Shown: positions 1-12,653 of the stretch, piece after piece | Layout: each line of letters begins with the position of its first letter | How positions within the stretch are numbered: the stretch's first letter is position 1 | Source: Paraspadella gotoi | Taxonomy: Eukaryota > Animalia > Chaetognatha | NCBI GenBank assembly: GCA_051294375.1 | Contig: CM119269.1 | Location: 1,194,537 to 1,258,536 of the forward strand | Direction: 5' to 3' | DNA: 64,000 bases | Translations under genes and position numbers: made by a program | Notes under the pieces: generated by a model | What the model was told of the DNA's origin: nothing | The model's input: the letters and a program-made list of their open reading frames with translations, nothing else | The model's database searches: none

Positions 1-2034
1 ACGCCATACTCCGTCAGTCATCGTCGTCATCATCATCATGACGCTCATCATCGTGATCATCCTCTCTCCGTGCCCCGTCACGACAAAACGACTCAACGAC
101 GAACGATGTCAGAACATCGTGATGGATCGACCATAATCCGATTTTTATGCAGCCTCTTCTTCTATTAATCAGCCGNNNNNNNNNNNNNNNNNNNNNNNNN
201 NNNNNNNNNNNNNNNNNNNNNNNNNNNNNNNNNNNNNNNNNNNNNNNNNNNNNNNNNNNNNNNNNNNNNNNNNNNNNNNNNNNNNNNNNNNNNNNNNNNN
301 NNNNNNNNNNNNNNNNNNNNNNNNNNNNNNNNNNNNNNNNNNNNNNNNNNNNNNNNNNNNNNNNNNNNNTTTCCCTTTCTCTTCCTTTCCTTTCCCTTTC
401 TTTTCCTTCTTATCTAAAATCCCCCTTCCTTTTTCCTCTCCCCTCTTCCTCTTTCTCCTCTTTCTCCTCCTCCTCCTCCTCCTTTTTCAGATCCCGGGAA
501 TTTAATTTAATTTCATCGCTCTATTATATTCCTTGAAGTTGGAGTTTACTTCGATTATCCACTGAATGATTTTTATTCCTTGGGAATAGCGGCAAAATAC
601 ACTATAACGTTAATAACTCATTTTCACTTTTAAATCGTCATCGAAATTTAACTTACAAATCTTATCATATCGTTTTTTTTCTTTTCAGTTACTTGGGATG
701 TTAAAACTGTTCATTAAAGTCCATCTTAAAATTACCAACCAAATTTCTATCTAAAGCTACATCCCGCCATGTGACAATGTCCCGTTTCATCCGATCACCA
801 ACAACAACTCGTAATGTCACAACGTCTTGCTTCCCTTATCTTTTAATCGCCCAGACGCCCATCAATGCCCTCGCAACGCTCTCGCNNNNNNNNNNNNNNN
901 NNNNNNNNNNNNNNNNNNNNNNNNNNNNNNNNNNNNNNNNNNNNNNNNNNNNNNNNNNNNNNNNNNNNNNNNNNNNNNNNNNNNNNNNNNNNNNNNNNNN
1001 NNNNNNNNNNNNNNNNNNNNNNNNNNNNNNNNNNNNNNNNNNNNNNNNNNNNNNNNNNNNNNNNNNNNNNNNNNNNNNNNNNNNNNNNNNNNNNNNNNNN
1101 NNNNNNNNNNNNNNNNNNNNNNNNNNNNNNNNNNNNNNNNNNNNNNNNNNNNNNNNAACTTTCATTCAAATGGACGCCGACGATCATTAATTTCTCATTT
1201 TTTAAAATAAAAATAAAAGGAAAATATATGAACATTTTTTTTAATTTAAAATTCCTTTTTAAAAATTCCGCGCTCTTATGTCTTGCGAACGAAACAAACC
1301 GAAAAAAAAACCCCGGAAGATTGTCGTGAGTCTAACTCTAGTCAAAGAGAGAGATAGAGACGGAGAAAGAGCGAGAGCGAGTCATGCCGCATTGTCGATT
1401 GTTTGCTCCGCAGCGCGATTTTTCGATTGCAGGGGAGAGAAAAAAATTCAAAGGGAAAAAAATCCATTTCTATGCAGACACTCCCACGTCCCTCGTTTGA
1501 GAGANNNNNNNNNNNNNNNNNNNNNNNNNNNNNNNNNNNNNNNNNNNNNNNNNNNNNNNNNNNNNNNNNNNNNNNNNNNNNNNNNNNNNNNNNNNNNNNN
1601 NNNNNNNNNNNNNNNNNNNNGAGAGAGAGAGAGAGAGAGAGAGATTATGAGACTTTTGATAAATGAAAAGCGATCTTTTCTCCTTCAACAAACGTCGTTA
1701 GAAGTGGATACGTCGCTTCAGGTTATTGAGAAGCGAAAACAGAAGCGGAAGAAGCGAAGTCCACGATGACAGAAGCGGATGGGGAAAAACGAGGGGCTGC
1801 GACGAAGATCTTGAGAAGCTGTACGCGTGATGAAGTCGGTCGCAGTTGGAAAACAAAATCGCTCAAGAGGCCAACAAATCTTTAGTTTTTTATTTTGTTT
1901 TTTTTAATTTTCGATGGTGGTTGTTTTTGACACTCAAGTGGCTTCGGACTCTGATTTCGATGTGAAGCGTTAGTTCTGCTCAAAAAAATTGCTCGTTTCG
2001 TTAGATCGCAATATGGCGACGATGTGCGCTGACA

Positions 2035-2147
2035 TTTTTATAAATCCCTCAATTCAATTTTTTATATTTTTTATATTTTTTATAAATCCCTCAATTCATT
2101 TTTTTATATTTTTTATATTTTTTATAAATCCCTCAATTCAATTTTTT
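2035..2147. repeat. ~42-bp AT-rich tandem repeat, ~2.7 copies
   Basis: tttttataaatccctcaattca recurs at ~2035, ~2077 and ~2119. Confidence 0.85.
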
Positions 2148-2466
2148 AAAAATTTTAATGATAAAACTCACTGGCAGGAACCATGAGCGCAGCATAATCA
2201 AGAAATATTATGAATTTCTCTCTCTCTCTCTCTCTCTCNNNNNNNNNNNNNNNNNNNNNNNNNNNNNNNNNNNNNNNNNNNNNNNNNNNNNNNNNNNNNN
2301 NNNNNNNNNNNNNNNNNNNNNNNNNNNNNNNNNNNNNNNNNNNNNNNNNNNNNNNNNNNNNNNNNNNNNNNNNNNNNNNNNNNNNNNNNNNNNNNNNNNN
2401 NNNNNNNNNNNNNNNNNNTCATTACAACGAAATTTCATTCTGTGACAAAAACGTAGAAAATTCGCG

Positions 2467-2541
2467 AATGAATGATTTTGTGTCAATGAATGAATGAATG
2501 AATGAATGAATCAATGAATGAATCAATGAATGAATGAATGA
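2467..2541. repeat. (ATGA)n tetranucleotide microsatellite
   Basis: aatgaatgaatg run seen directly. Confidence 0.9.
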
Positions 2542-3283
2542 TTTTGTTTCAACCTCCTTCGAAAATAGATGGAATTGTGCAAAGATCGAACACATAGTGT
2601 TATACCTAGCCTGAATATGAAACCAAAAATCACCAATATTCCATACCAAGCGACAACGATAAAAACAAAAACAATGACGAGAGTAACAACAACAACGACA
2701 AAGCGAGACGACGCCAACCCAAACAACTGGTGCCACCGGAATTGAGACTTGAAAATCGGAAAACATTCCTTGTGATTGAGAGGNNNNNNNNNNNNNNNNN
2801 NNNNNNNNAAAAGAGAGAGATTTTTGTTATTTTCGTAATAAATATTTGTTGTGGAGTCGTTGAATGACAACAACAATGTTGTCGTGAAGTCAAGCGACGA
2901 AACGGACAGCGGAATGGGTTGACACTTTCGAATCCACGACGAAAACCGGAGAGCGGATGGGTTGAAACTTTCGATACATTGTTGCAAAGTTGCGTCTCTT
3001 TTAGAAGCCAGGGAGGAAGGTTTATCGAGTGTTGATTTAAAGGCAAAATTATAAACTTACTGTATCTATTAGGAACATGAGACTAAAATAATGGAACAGC
3101 CATTTTTACGGTATTTAGGTTATCTAACTAATTAAAAGAAAATTGTTTTTATATTGTATACCATCGCAGAAAACGGATGATCAATGTAGCTTGTTCTCGC
3201 TTGTCTCGCTTCTCCGATTCTCATGCTCAGTCAATCTCGTCGGCATTACCAATTCTTTTGTTTCTGAACTAAAGCGAGGAGAG

Positions 3284-3315
<32 letters not shown>

Positions 3316-3476
3316 TGAGAGGAGAGAGAGAGAGAGAGAGAGGAAGAATGACTTGTTGCGACCCAAGTAATATTTGTCTGTTTTGGGCGGCTGGGGAGAA
3401 ACCTGGTTTCGATTTTCCGTCTCGCTCTCTCGGTCTCGCCCGCCTATTAAGAGAAGAGAGAGAGAGTAGAGAGAGG

Positions 3477-3509
<33 letters not shown>

Positions 3510-3667
3510 GAGAGTGAGAGAGTGAGAGGAGGACGCATTTCTTTCTCTTGTCAATATCGTGATTAAGTCTGCTCGTCTCAGGGTTTCGAGCTCGGTCTTC
3601 CTCTCGCAAACCCGCCACGCCGCTCTCTTGCTCCGGGAGAGAGGCTTTCGCTTGTCAGGGGCGAATA

Positions 3668-3680
3668 GAAAGGAAGCTGA

Positions 3681-3727
<47 letters not shown>

Positions 3728-3745
3728 AACGACGACGACGACGAG
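3668..3745. repeat. (GAC)n trinucleotide microsatellite; others at ~4090-4145, 6420-6485, 12610-12655, 15040-15090, 19410-19460
   Basis: gacgacgac runs seen directly. Confidence 0.9.
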
Positions 3746-3917
3746 AGAAGGACGACGCAAACGACGCGTCATATTTTTTCGCGAATTTGACCTTTTGCAG
3801 CAAAACTCTACGCAAAGTTCCAACGATGAGAGATAGAGAGAGTTCGTCTGTGCGTCTGAGAGCGAGGGGGACAGAGTGAGAGGCGAGAGAGAGAGAAGAG
3901 AGAGAGAGAGAGAAGAG

Positions 3918-3954
<37 letters not shown>

Positions 3955-4090
3955 AGAAGAAGAGGAGAAAAAAAAGGGAGGGGGCGGTCAGAGAAAGCCA
4001 GACGTCCCGGTCGCGAAAATATCGAGGAGGCCGCAGAATTTGATGTTGAGGTCAACGTTGATGAATTCGCGGAGACGGTGGTTGACCGCG

Positions 4091-4122
<32 letters not shown>

Positions 4123-4441
4123 ACGAGACGACGACAACGACGACAATGAGGACGAAGAAGAAGAGGAAGACGACGAAACAATATAATAACAACAACGACG
4201 AAAAAGGATGAGATTCATCGACGAAGACAACAAAGATGACACAACGATGAAGATGACACAACGATGCGACAAAGATGGACGATGAACGACGAACGGAGAC
4301 GTTCAACATCCGCATTCGTAAACACATCACGTGAAACCCCTTTCTCGACGCGTTACCTACCATTTGGAAGGGGATTAGTCAGGCACCATAAGACTCCCTT
4401 CGCGAAAAAAAAGTGGGCTGAATATCAGAGGGGTATACTCA

Positions 4442-4523
<82 letters not shown>

Positions 4524-4875
4524 ACTCTTCTCTCTCTCTCTCTCTCTCCCTCACCTGCTTTTGAGTTTCATGCCTGAGAGATCAGCCTTTTACATCGACA
4601 TCTGAATGCGGAAAGCATTCGCTCAGACTTACATCGGCATTTGATGCCCTGATCGGCATTTTGATGTCAAGACGGTTGCTTTAGTCGGCATCTGACAGAA
4701 TTTTGACGACGATACTGCGAAATCTACGAAATCCGTCTGCTCAGTCCAAGATTTAAGAGGAGCAAATTAAATAATCGGCATAACTGATAGGGAATACAGT
4801 TTGTAATGTAATAATCCCTAAAGTTACAATAATTTCTTGGTTCGTAGAGTCATCACATGCACTGTTTAATTTATG

Positions 4876-5010
4876 ATTAAGAAAAAACGTCGAATTTGGG
4901 ATCAAGGTGCAGTAATTTTTTTTTTTTTCTTTTATTGGTTTAATAATTGGTTTTTATAAAAGAAAAAAAATACACTGCACTTGATCCAAATTCCGACGTT
5001 TTCTTTAATC
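4876..5010. repeat. ~135-bp inverted repeat/hairpin with ~45-50-bp arms, possibly back-to-back DNA-transposon ends; cleaner copy at 14177-14300
   Basis: In the second copy, gattaagaaaacgtcgaatttgggatcaagtgcagta pairs with tactgcacttgatcccaaattcgacgttttcttaatc. Confidence 0.8.
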
Positions 5011-5316
5011 AATCATTTCTTGGTTCCTTTTTTAGTATATTTCTTCACAATTTTTTAAGCATTTCTAGAATTGATCATAAAAGATTATCGCAACAACAAC
5101 AACCAACAATCTTTTTGCTTAAAAAACTCGTTCGTTGTAATGACGCGAAATTCTGAAAGGTCGACTTTAAAAGGTTTTTTTTTCTTTCCGTTGTTCGGGG
5201 AAAAAGTTCAGGGTTGAAGGGGCACAATCGAGGGAAATATATAACTTCGACTTTTAATTTGCGCAAATTGATCTCTGAACGAAAAGTTCTTGAAAAAGTC
5301 ACGCGATGAAGGGGGA

Positions 5317-5392
<76 letters not shown>

Positions 5393-5699
5393 AGAGAGAG
5401 AGAGAGAAACCAGTAAAGTGTTATTCTTCCTCCTAACCAGTCTTGCCGAATTTTTGTGCCAAAGAGGCGGGAAAAAAATAGCGGTTTTCTCCCATGATCT
5501 GCTTTGCATCATAAATTCGATTTCTCCAACTGATCTCGCTTCCTTTTTTTCCACGCAAGAAGGAAGAAAATCGAGTCCTTGTTTGTCTACGTTAGCAGAG
5601 TTTGTTCTTTAATTTGGTCGGAACAAAAATATGATAGGAATACTCAAATAAATTTGTACCTCAAATTCTTCCATTTTTACTCTCCTCCTGTCGAATCAT

Positions 5700-6910
5700 C
5701 CCATTCCTTCATTTGAGCTTTTTTTGCGAACCTTGATCCATTGAGGATGCGCCGCTGAGAATCCCCAACGCCGCCTTCTAGAAGATACCAAGGTCAAAAC
5801 GCGCCAACCAAATATTCACACAATTATTCCGCACAGATCGCAAGCCATCGATAACAGTTAACTCTCGGGATCCGAGTGCAGTTGAATGACTCCGTTTTTC
5901 AATACATGTTTCCACAATGTCTAACATCGTAATGCTCCCGCCACGACGCGACCCCCACGCCAGCTCTGCCCCCTCACCGGCATTCAAACTTAACGACGCC
6001 GCCCGTAGTTTTATCGTCGCTGTTTAACTTTAATGGAATTTTTAACGACGTAGAAGTCGAACGCCGACGGAGCGCACGCCCCGCATATACGCTTGCCTTT
6101 TTCTGTCTTCGCTCATATTTCGATGCTATGGTGATTTGTGCTGCTGTTTTTTTGGCCGAACAAACGAGGAAAATGCGACCTTGTTGCTCGAGGAGCCTGG
6201 AGTTTTGAATTTTTAGAAAAAATTTCTCCAGTTGGGGTAAGAGAATCCTAATTTGGAAGGCGTTCTCAAGTACTGAACAAAATGAATGAAAAACCAAGAG
6301 ACGCCGAAATCCGAGGACCGTCTTCCTTGCTTTGCCACTGCTTCTCCGCCCTTTGCTCCTTTTTCCACTCGTTGTTCTTGTTCACCGAAACAATTTTTTT
6401 TCCGGAGGACGCGACTTTGTCGTCGTCGTCGTCGTCGTAGTCGTCGTTCGTCGTCGCGTCGTCGTCGTCGTTCGTCGTTCGTCGTACTTTTCGCTAAGCA
6501 TTGAATTTTGGAGAGTTGGGGCTTCGGACGGTTTTCATCAAGTAAAATGTCATGCGTTTTGATTTTAAACCGAACTTTCAAAAAAAAAGACACAATTTCT
6601 CACAAATTGAATTTTATGATGTCGAACCCGATCTTGGAGAACCCGTTATTCTCGGTTACCAACAGTCCTAGCTGGAGAGAGCTGGCGAGAGGTCGGTCGT
6701 TTTCGTCGTCGTCATCGTCGTCCGTTGGCGCAGGCGTCGTCGTTGTGTTCCGCGCGGGCGGCGGCGGAAGACAAATGAAGCGTAGATGGCGCGGCGTTCG
6801 TCGGCGTTGAGGCGGCCGAGGCAAGGGACGGCGCCGGCGTCGGGCGACTTTGGTCGGCGCCGCCCGGCGCCGCCGTCACTCCCGTGCGTCCCGCTCATTA
6901 AGCCTCACCG
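5700..6910 (-). CDS. Possible frameshifted host coding segment of unknown product (mirror copy on + strand ~12200-13400)
   Basis: GC-richer block whose overlapping frames can be joined across single indels (..SSLQLGLLVTENNGFSKIGFDIIKF..PSEAPTLQNSMLSEKY-polyD..QIRILLPQLEKFF..AELAWGSRRGGSITMLDIVETC..). No family motif recognised. Confidence 0.3.
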
Positions 6911-7028
6911 GCGCTAATTTGTTCTTCAGCGGCGAAAGAACGAAGGAAAGAACGAAAGACGAAAGACACGAACCGGGGCTTTTTAGATTATTCCCTTTTT
7001 TTTTATCTTGCAAAATGGTGCGAATTGA

Positions 7029-7115
<87 letters not shown>

Positions 7116-7304
7116 ATACTGGGAATTAAGATTGAAAAAAGGGGCATCGCAACGAAAGTAAATCCCTAGTTGGTTAAGAAGAGCATTCCCGAGTTCTTAT
7201 ATATTTTATTCTTGCCTCATTACGTACTTATCAGACTCAATAAATTTTTAATAACAAACCTTTGATATTTTTTCTTTTCTCAGCCTTGAGGACGTTGAGA
7301 ATTT

Positions 7305-7832
7305 AAACAAGTAAATAGCTTAAAGTTTAAGCGTTTTAAAAGGTTTTTTAGTACCAACGTTTAAACTTACCATCCCAAGTCGATTTCCTTACTCTCTTTC
7401 TATTAAAATTTTCCGCGAGGAACTTTTTGACTGCTCGAGCATTCCATCAATAGAACATTTTCTACCAAGAGCATCCCTATATTAAATTATTGCACCGCAG
7501 TTGAACTGCCTATCACGTGTATTTCCTCGAGACCATAAAATGAACTACATGATAATAATAACTTTAATGAGCCGTGTTATTTATGACATGCTCTGTATCA
7601 AAATTCTGTCTTTTATTCCTTATACGTTTTAAGATTTCCTGAAGGCGGCGCTTGCAGTCCCTTAGATTTAAGGTTTTTTTCTGTCTTTTAACAATAAGAG
7701 CACCACTATAGGCAAATTATATGCATTTTTAAGTAAGTGGGACAGACCGACGATCAGTCATACGACCGACAGACGACCGAAAAGTGACTTATAGAGTTGC
7801 CCTCCCGCGAGTACTCGCGTCGCAACTAAAAA
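7305..7832 (-). mobile_element. Non-autonomous Helentron/DINE-1 (HINE)-like element; mirror copy ~11365-11865 with its 5' end in the N gap
   Basis: Minus strand begins T-run, tagttgcg..gcaac inverted repeat, tctataag, then a (GTCG/GTCT) microsatellite. It ends in a short hairpin gcttaaactttaagc before a T-rich flank. The first ~170 bp are shared with 22360-22660. Confidence 0.6.
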
Positions 7833-8432
7833 AATGATCCCCGATTGAAAAATCCCCAATCGCCTGGCGAGCTTTTCCCCATCTGGGGAATTACCTTCCC
7901 CCGACTTCGGTGACTCAACAATGTTCTGCCCTCCCGAGGATTTTCCCCGCAACGACGTCCTCGTTTATAAAAACGCTAAATGATTTCTTTTTTGTTCGCT
8001 GCAGAATTACGACGCAGAAAGGAATCGTCCCTAACGTAAACTTATGACGCGATAATAATATTCATAAGAAGGAAATCTGGCTAATACGAAAAAAAAAGGG
8101 GAAAAAAGCCGACGGTTTGGTGAGTCGGAGCAATAATGCGGAATCTATCGCCTCGAACGCGTGGATGAATGGACAAAGGCTTACCGAGGAGACGCGCAAG
8201 GCTCGACCATGCTGCGAGAGGCTCGAGAGAGGATTCGTTTCTCTAAACGATGGGCAGCGAATCGTTAGGTCGGCCGCTCTTTCCAGCCGACACCACTCCC
8301 CGCCCTCTAGAGATGATTGAGGTTTCGAAGGATTTTTTAGCAATTCGCGTCGTTTGGAAAAACAAAAATAAAGAGCAAAGGGAAGATTTGTATCGCGAGA
8401 GAGGAGGGAGAGAGAGAGAGAGAGAGAGAGGG

Positions 8433-8525
<93 letters not shown>

Positions 8526-9108
8526 AGAGGAGAAAGAGATGACAAAAGATAGAGAGAAAGAGAATGAAAGCAAGAAGAAAAAAGCGTAATAGAGAAGAGA
8601 GAGGGAGAGGAGAAGAGAGAAAGAGAAGAGAGAAGAGGGGATATAAAAGGAAAGCGGAGGAGAGCGAGAGGGCATGGGTTGAGTCGCTTTGACCTCAACA
8701 CACTCACAGACTCACAGACCAGACTTTACTGTTTTTGGTTCACTGCCGCATTGACTCCACCTTCTCCCCCTTTCCTCCCATTTTTTTTAACAAGCAGCGA
8801 CCTCTATCTCTCGCACACTTTTCTCCAATGTTCCTCTTTCTCCTTTAATCTCTTTTACCCCTTTCTCCCTTTTTCCAACTTTATTCTCCACTCACTCTCT
8901 CTCACTCTACTCTGTCTCTATCTCACCGCCGGTCGTTACCTCCAAAGGTCGACTCGGTTCATCTTCGCTCAAAGGACGATTATGATCGCCGAGGTGACGG
9001 TTGACGGTTTCGTGCCATCAATAACGTCGGTGACCTTGCCAATCTCGGTGACGCCGTCAGAGACCTCGATGACGTCAGTTCTGTAACGTCGGTGACGTCA
9101 ACGACCCT

Positions 9109-9232
9109 GGTGCCATCAGTTCCGTCCGTCGCCATCATTTTACGTCGGTGCCATCAGTTCGGTCCGACGCCATCATTTTACGTCGGTGCCATCAGTTCGG
9201 TCCGACGCCATCATTTTACGTCGGTGCCATCG
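9109..9232. repeat. 38-bp GC-rich minisatellite, ~3.3 copies
   Basis: Unit ggtgccatcagttcggtccgacgccatcattttacgtc. Confidence 0.9.
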
Positions 9233-10698
9233 GCTCCGCTGGTGCCATTCGTCGCGGTCGTCGGCGATGTCGACGTGTGATTGTCTGTCTTACCTCGACC
9301 CTCATTTTTCACAATCGCCCATCGACCTCACCCTCAAAGTCACGCTCCCCCACTCGACTTTTTAACTTACCTGTAACTCCGTTTTATAAAATTTGCTCCT
9401 TCACTTTAATTTCATTATAAAATTATATTATTTCACCTTTTTATCTTCAATTTAGTATCTTTCCAGAATTTACCTTCTGTCATTTGCACCATTTTCTTTT
9501 ATCTAATAATTTTTTATTGTTTTCATTGTATATATGTATTTTTTCGCATCGATATTTATATTTATATTTATATATATTTATAAGTCGAGTCTTCTTTTCA
9601 CTTCGACGGTCGTCGAATTTAAAATCGAAGGAAATAATAAAAAATAAAAAAATCATATTATTAGTAATATTATTACAGTTTTTCTTGATTCAATTTTCCC
9701 CAAAATTTTCATTTTCATTGAATCGACGTTCTCTCCTTCAAATTCAGCGGAAAATGGTAAAATCCCAACGGGACTTTTCAGTCAACGACGCCTACCGGTC
9801 CTTTCCCTTCCGACCCGCCCTCACCTACTCTGACCCACTCTGACCCACTCTGACCTACCTTGTCCGTTTTGCCCTAACTGACTCCGATCGCGTCGCCATT
9901 AACTTTGGCCAAGTGGAATCGAAGAGAAAATGGCCGCTAAGTTAAAACGAGGTGATTCCGGAACGACGCCCCCGGTGGCCGAGACAAAGAGAGAGAGAGA
10001 AGAGAAGGAAAGAGAGAGAGAGAGAGAGAGAGACAGGGAGAGAGAGAGAGAGATTCCTCTCTNNNNNNNNNNNNNNNNNNNNNNNNNAGCTCCCTCGCCC
10101 GATCTCGCCGACAAAAGAAATGTCTTGGCGCAGAAACGAGAGAACGAAAGAACGATCCATTGCGCGAGAAAATGGAGAACCCGAGACGGAGTGAAAAGAT
10201 GGCGGCTGGGGGGGGGGGAACTCACAGTTTTTTCTTGTTTTAAAATGGAATAAGATGCTCCTTTGTTTTTATAATTAATGAGTTGAATCGGTTGTATCTT
10301 AGAAATCATTTCGTTTTGTTATTATTATTATTTGCTTCATAGAAATGAATCTTGGAATGGATTTTTGTCCTCAAATTGAGAGCAAAAAATCNNNNNNNNN
10401 NNNNNNNNNNNNNNNNNNNNNNNNNNNNNNNNNNNNNNNNNNNNNNNNNNNNNNNNNNNNNNNNNNNNNNNNNNNNNNNNNNNNNNNNNNNNNNNNNNNN
10501 NNNNNNNNNNNNNNNNNNNNNNNNNNNNNNNNNNNNNNNNNNNNNNNNNNNNNNNNNNNNNNNNNNNNNNNNNNNNNNNNNNNNNNNNNNNNNNNNNNNN
10601 NNNNNNNNNNNNNNNNNNNNNNNNNNNNNNNNNNNNNNNNNNNNNNNNNNNNNNNNNNNNNNNNNNNNNNNNNNNNNNNNNNNNNNNNNNNNNNNNNN

Positions 10699-12609
10699 TC
10701 TTTTATTTTTTTTTTCCAACGACGCGAATGCTAAAAATCCTTCGAACCTCAATCATCTCTAGAGGGCGGGAGTGGTGTCGGCTGGGAAGAGCGCCGACCT
10801 AACGATCGCTGCCCATCGTTTAGAGAACAATCCTCTCTTCGAGCCTCTCGCAGATGGTCGAGCCTTGCGCGTCTCCTCGGTAGCCTTTGTCCATTCATCC
10901 ACGCGTCGAGCGATAGATTCCTCATATTGCTCCGACCACCAACCGTCGCTTTTTTCCCCTTTTTTTTCGTATTAGCCAGATGTCCTTCTTATGAATATAT
11001 ATCGCGTCATAAGTTTACATTAGACGATTCCTTTCTGCGTCGTAATTCTGCAGCGAACAAAAANNNNNNNNNNNNNNNNNNNNNNNNNNNNNNNNNNNNN
11101 NNNNNNNNNNNNNNNNNNNNNNNNNNNNNNNNNNNNNNNNNNNNNNNNNNNNNNNNNNNNNNNNNNNNNNNNNNNNNNNNNNNNNNNNNNNNNNNNNNNN
11201 NNNNNNNNNNNNNNNNNNNNNNNNNNNNNNNNNNNNNNNNNNNNNNNNNNNNNNNNNNNNNNNNNNNNNNNNNNNNNNNNNNNNNNNNNNNNNNNNNNNN
11301 NNNNNNNNNNNNNNNNNNNNNNNNNNNNNNNNNNNNNNNNNNNNNNNNNNNNNNNNNNNNNNNNTAAGTCACTTTTCGGTCGGTCTGTCGGTCGGTATGT
11401 CTGTTCGTCGGGCTGTCCCACTTACGTTAAAAATGCATATAATTTGCCTATAGTTGGTTGCTCTTTTGTTAAGACAGAAAAAACCTTAAATCTAAGGGAC
11501 TGCAAGCGCCGCCTTCAGGAAATCTTAAAACTATAAGGAATAAAAGACAGAATTTTGATACAGAGCATGTCATAAATACACGGGCTCATAAAGTTATTAT
11601 TATCATGTAGTCATTTTATGTCTCGAGAAATACACGTGATAAGGCAGTCACTGAGGCGCAACACATTTGAATTACTGTTCTTATTTAATATAGGGGATGC
11701 TCTTGGTAGAAAATGTTCTATGTGATGAATGCTCGAGGCAGTCAAAGTTACTCGCGGAGAATTTTAATTATGAAAGAGAGTGAGAAATCGACTTGGGATG
11801 GCAAGTTAAACGTTGGTACTAAAAACTTTAAAACGCTTAAACTTTAGCTATTTACTTTTTTTAAATTCTCAACGTACTAAGGCTGAGAAAAAGGAAAAAA
11901 TTATCAAAGGTTTGTTATAAAAATTATTGAGTCTTGAGAAGTACGTAATGAGGCAAGAATAAAATATATAAGAACTCAGGAATGCTCTTCTTAACCAACT
12001 AGGGATTTACTTTCTTGCATGCCCCTTTTTTCAATCTTAATTCCCGGTAGATGTACTCTCTCTCTCTCTCTCTCTTCAATTCGCGCCATTTTGCAAGGAT
12101 AAGAAAAAAATAAAGAAAAAAAAGGGAAAATCTAAAAAGCCCCGGGTTCGTTCTTTCGTTCTTTCGTTCTTTCCTTCGTTCTTTCGCGCCTGAGAGACAA
12201 ATTAGCGCCGGTGAGGCTTAATGAGCGGACGCACGGGAGTGACGGGCGGCGCCGGGCGGCGCCGACCAAAGTCGCCCGACGCCGGCGCCGTCCCTGCCTC
12301 GCCGCTCAACGCCGACAACGCCGCGCCATCTACGCTTTTGTCTTCCGCCGCCGCCGCGCGACACAACGACGACGCCTGCGCCAACGACGACGATGACGAC
12401 GACGAAAACGACGACTCTCGCAGCTCTCTCCAGCTAGGACTGTTGGTAACGGAATAACGGGTCTCAAGATCGGGTTCGACTCATAAAATTCAATTTGAGA
12501 AAAATTTGTGTCTTTTTTTTTGAAAGTTCGGTTTAAAATCAAACGCATGACATTTACTTGATGCCGTCCGAAGCCCCAACTCTCCAAAATTCAATGCTTA
12601 GCGAAAAGT

Positions 12610-12653
<44 letters not shown>

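Larger units (their letters stand above)
2820..8376 (+). repeat. Arm 1 of large inverted duplication I (partner ~10699-20105)
   Basis: Colinear reverse-complement matches by eye: 8335-8376/10699-10740, 7791/11365, 6205/12861, 5825/13284, 4553/14612, 3990/15190, 3858/19296, 2820/20105. Confidence 0.95.

Noticed and set aside
147-2497. ORFs containing long X runs (also ~10300-14800, 19250-19700, 52468-52773)
   Set aside because: They are open only because N gaps contain no stop codons.
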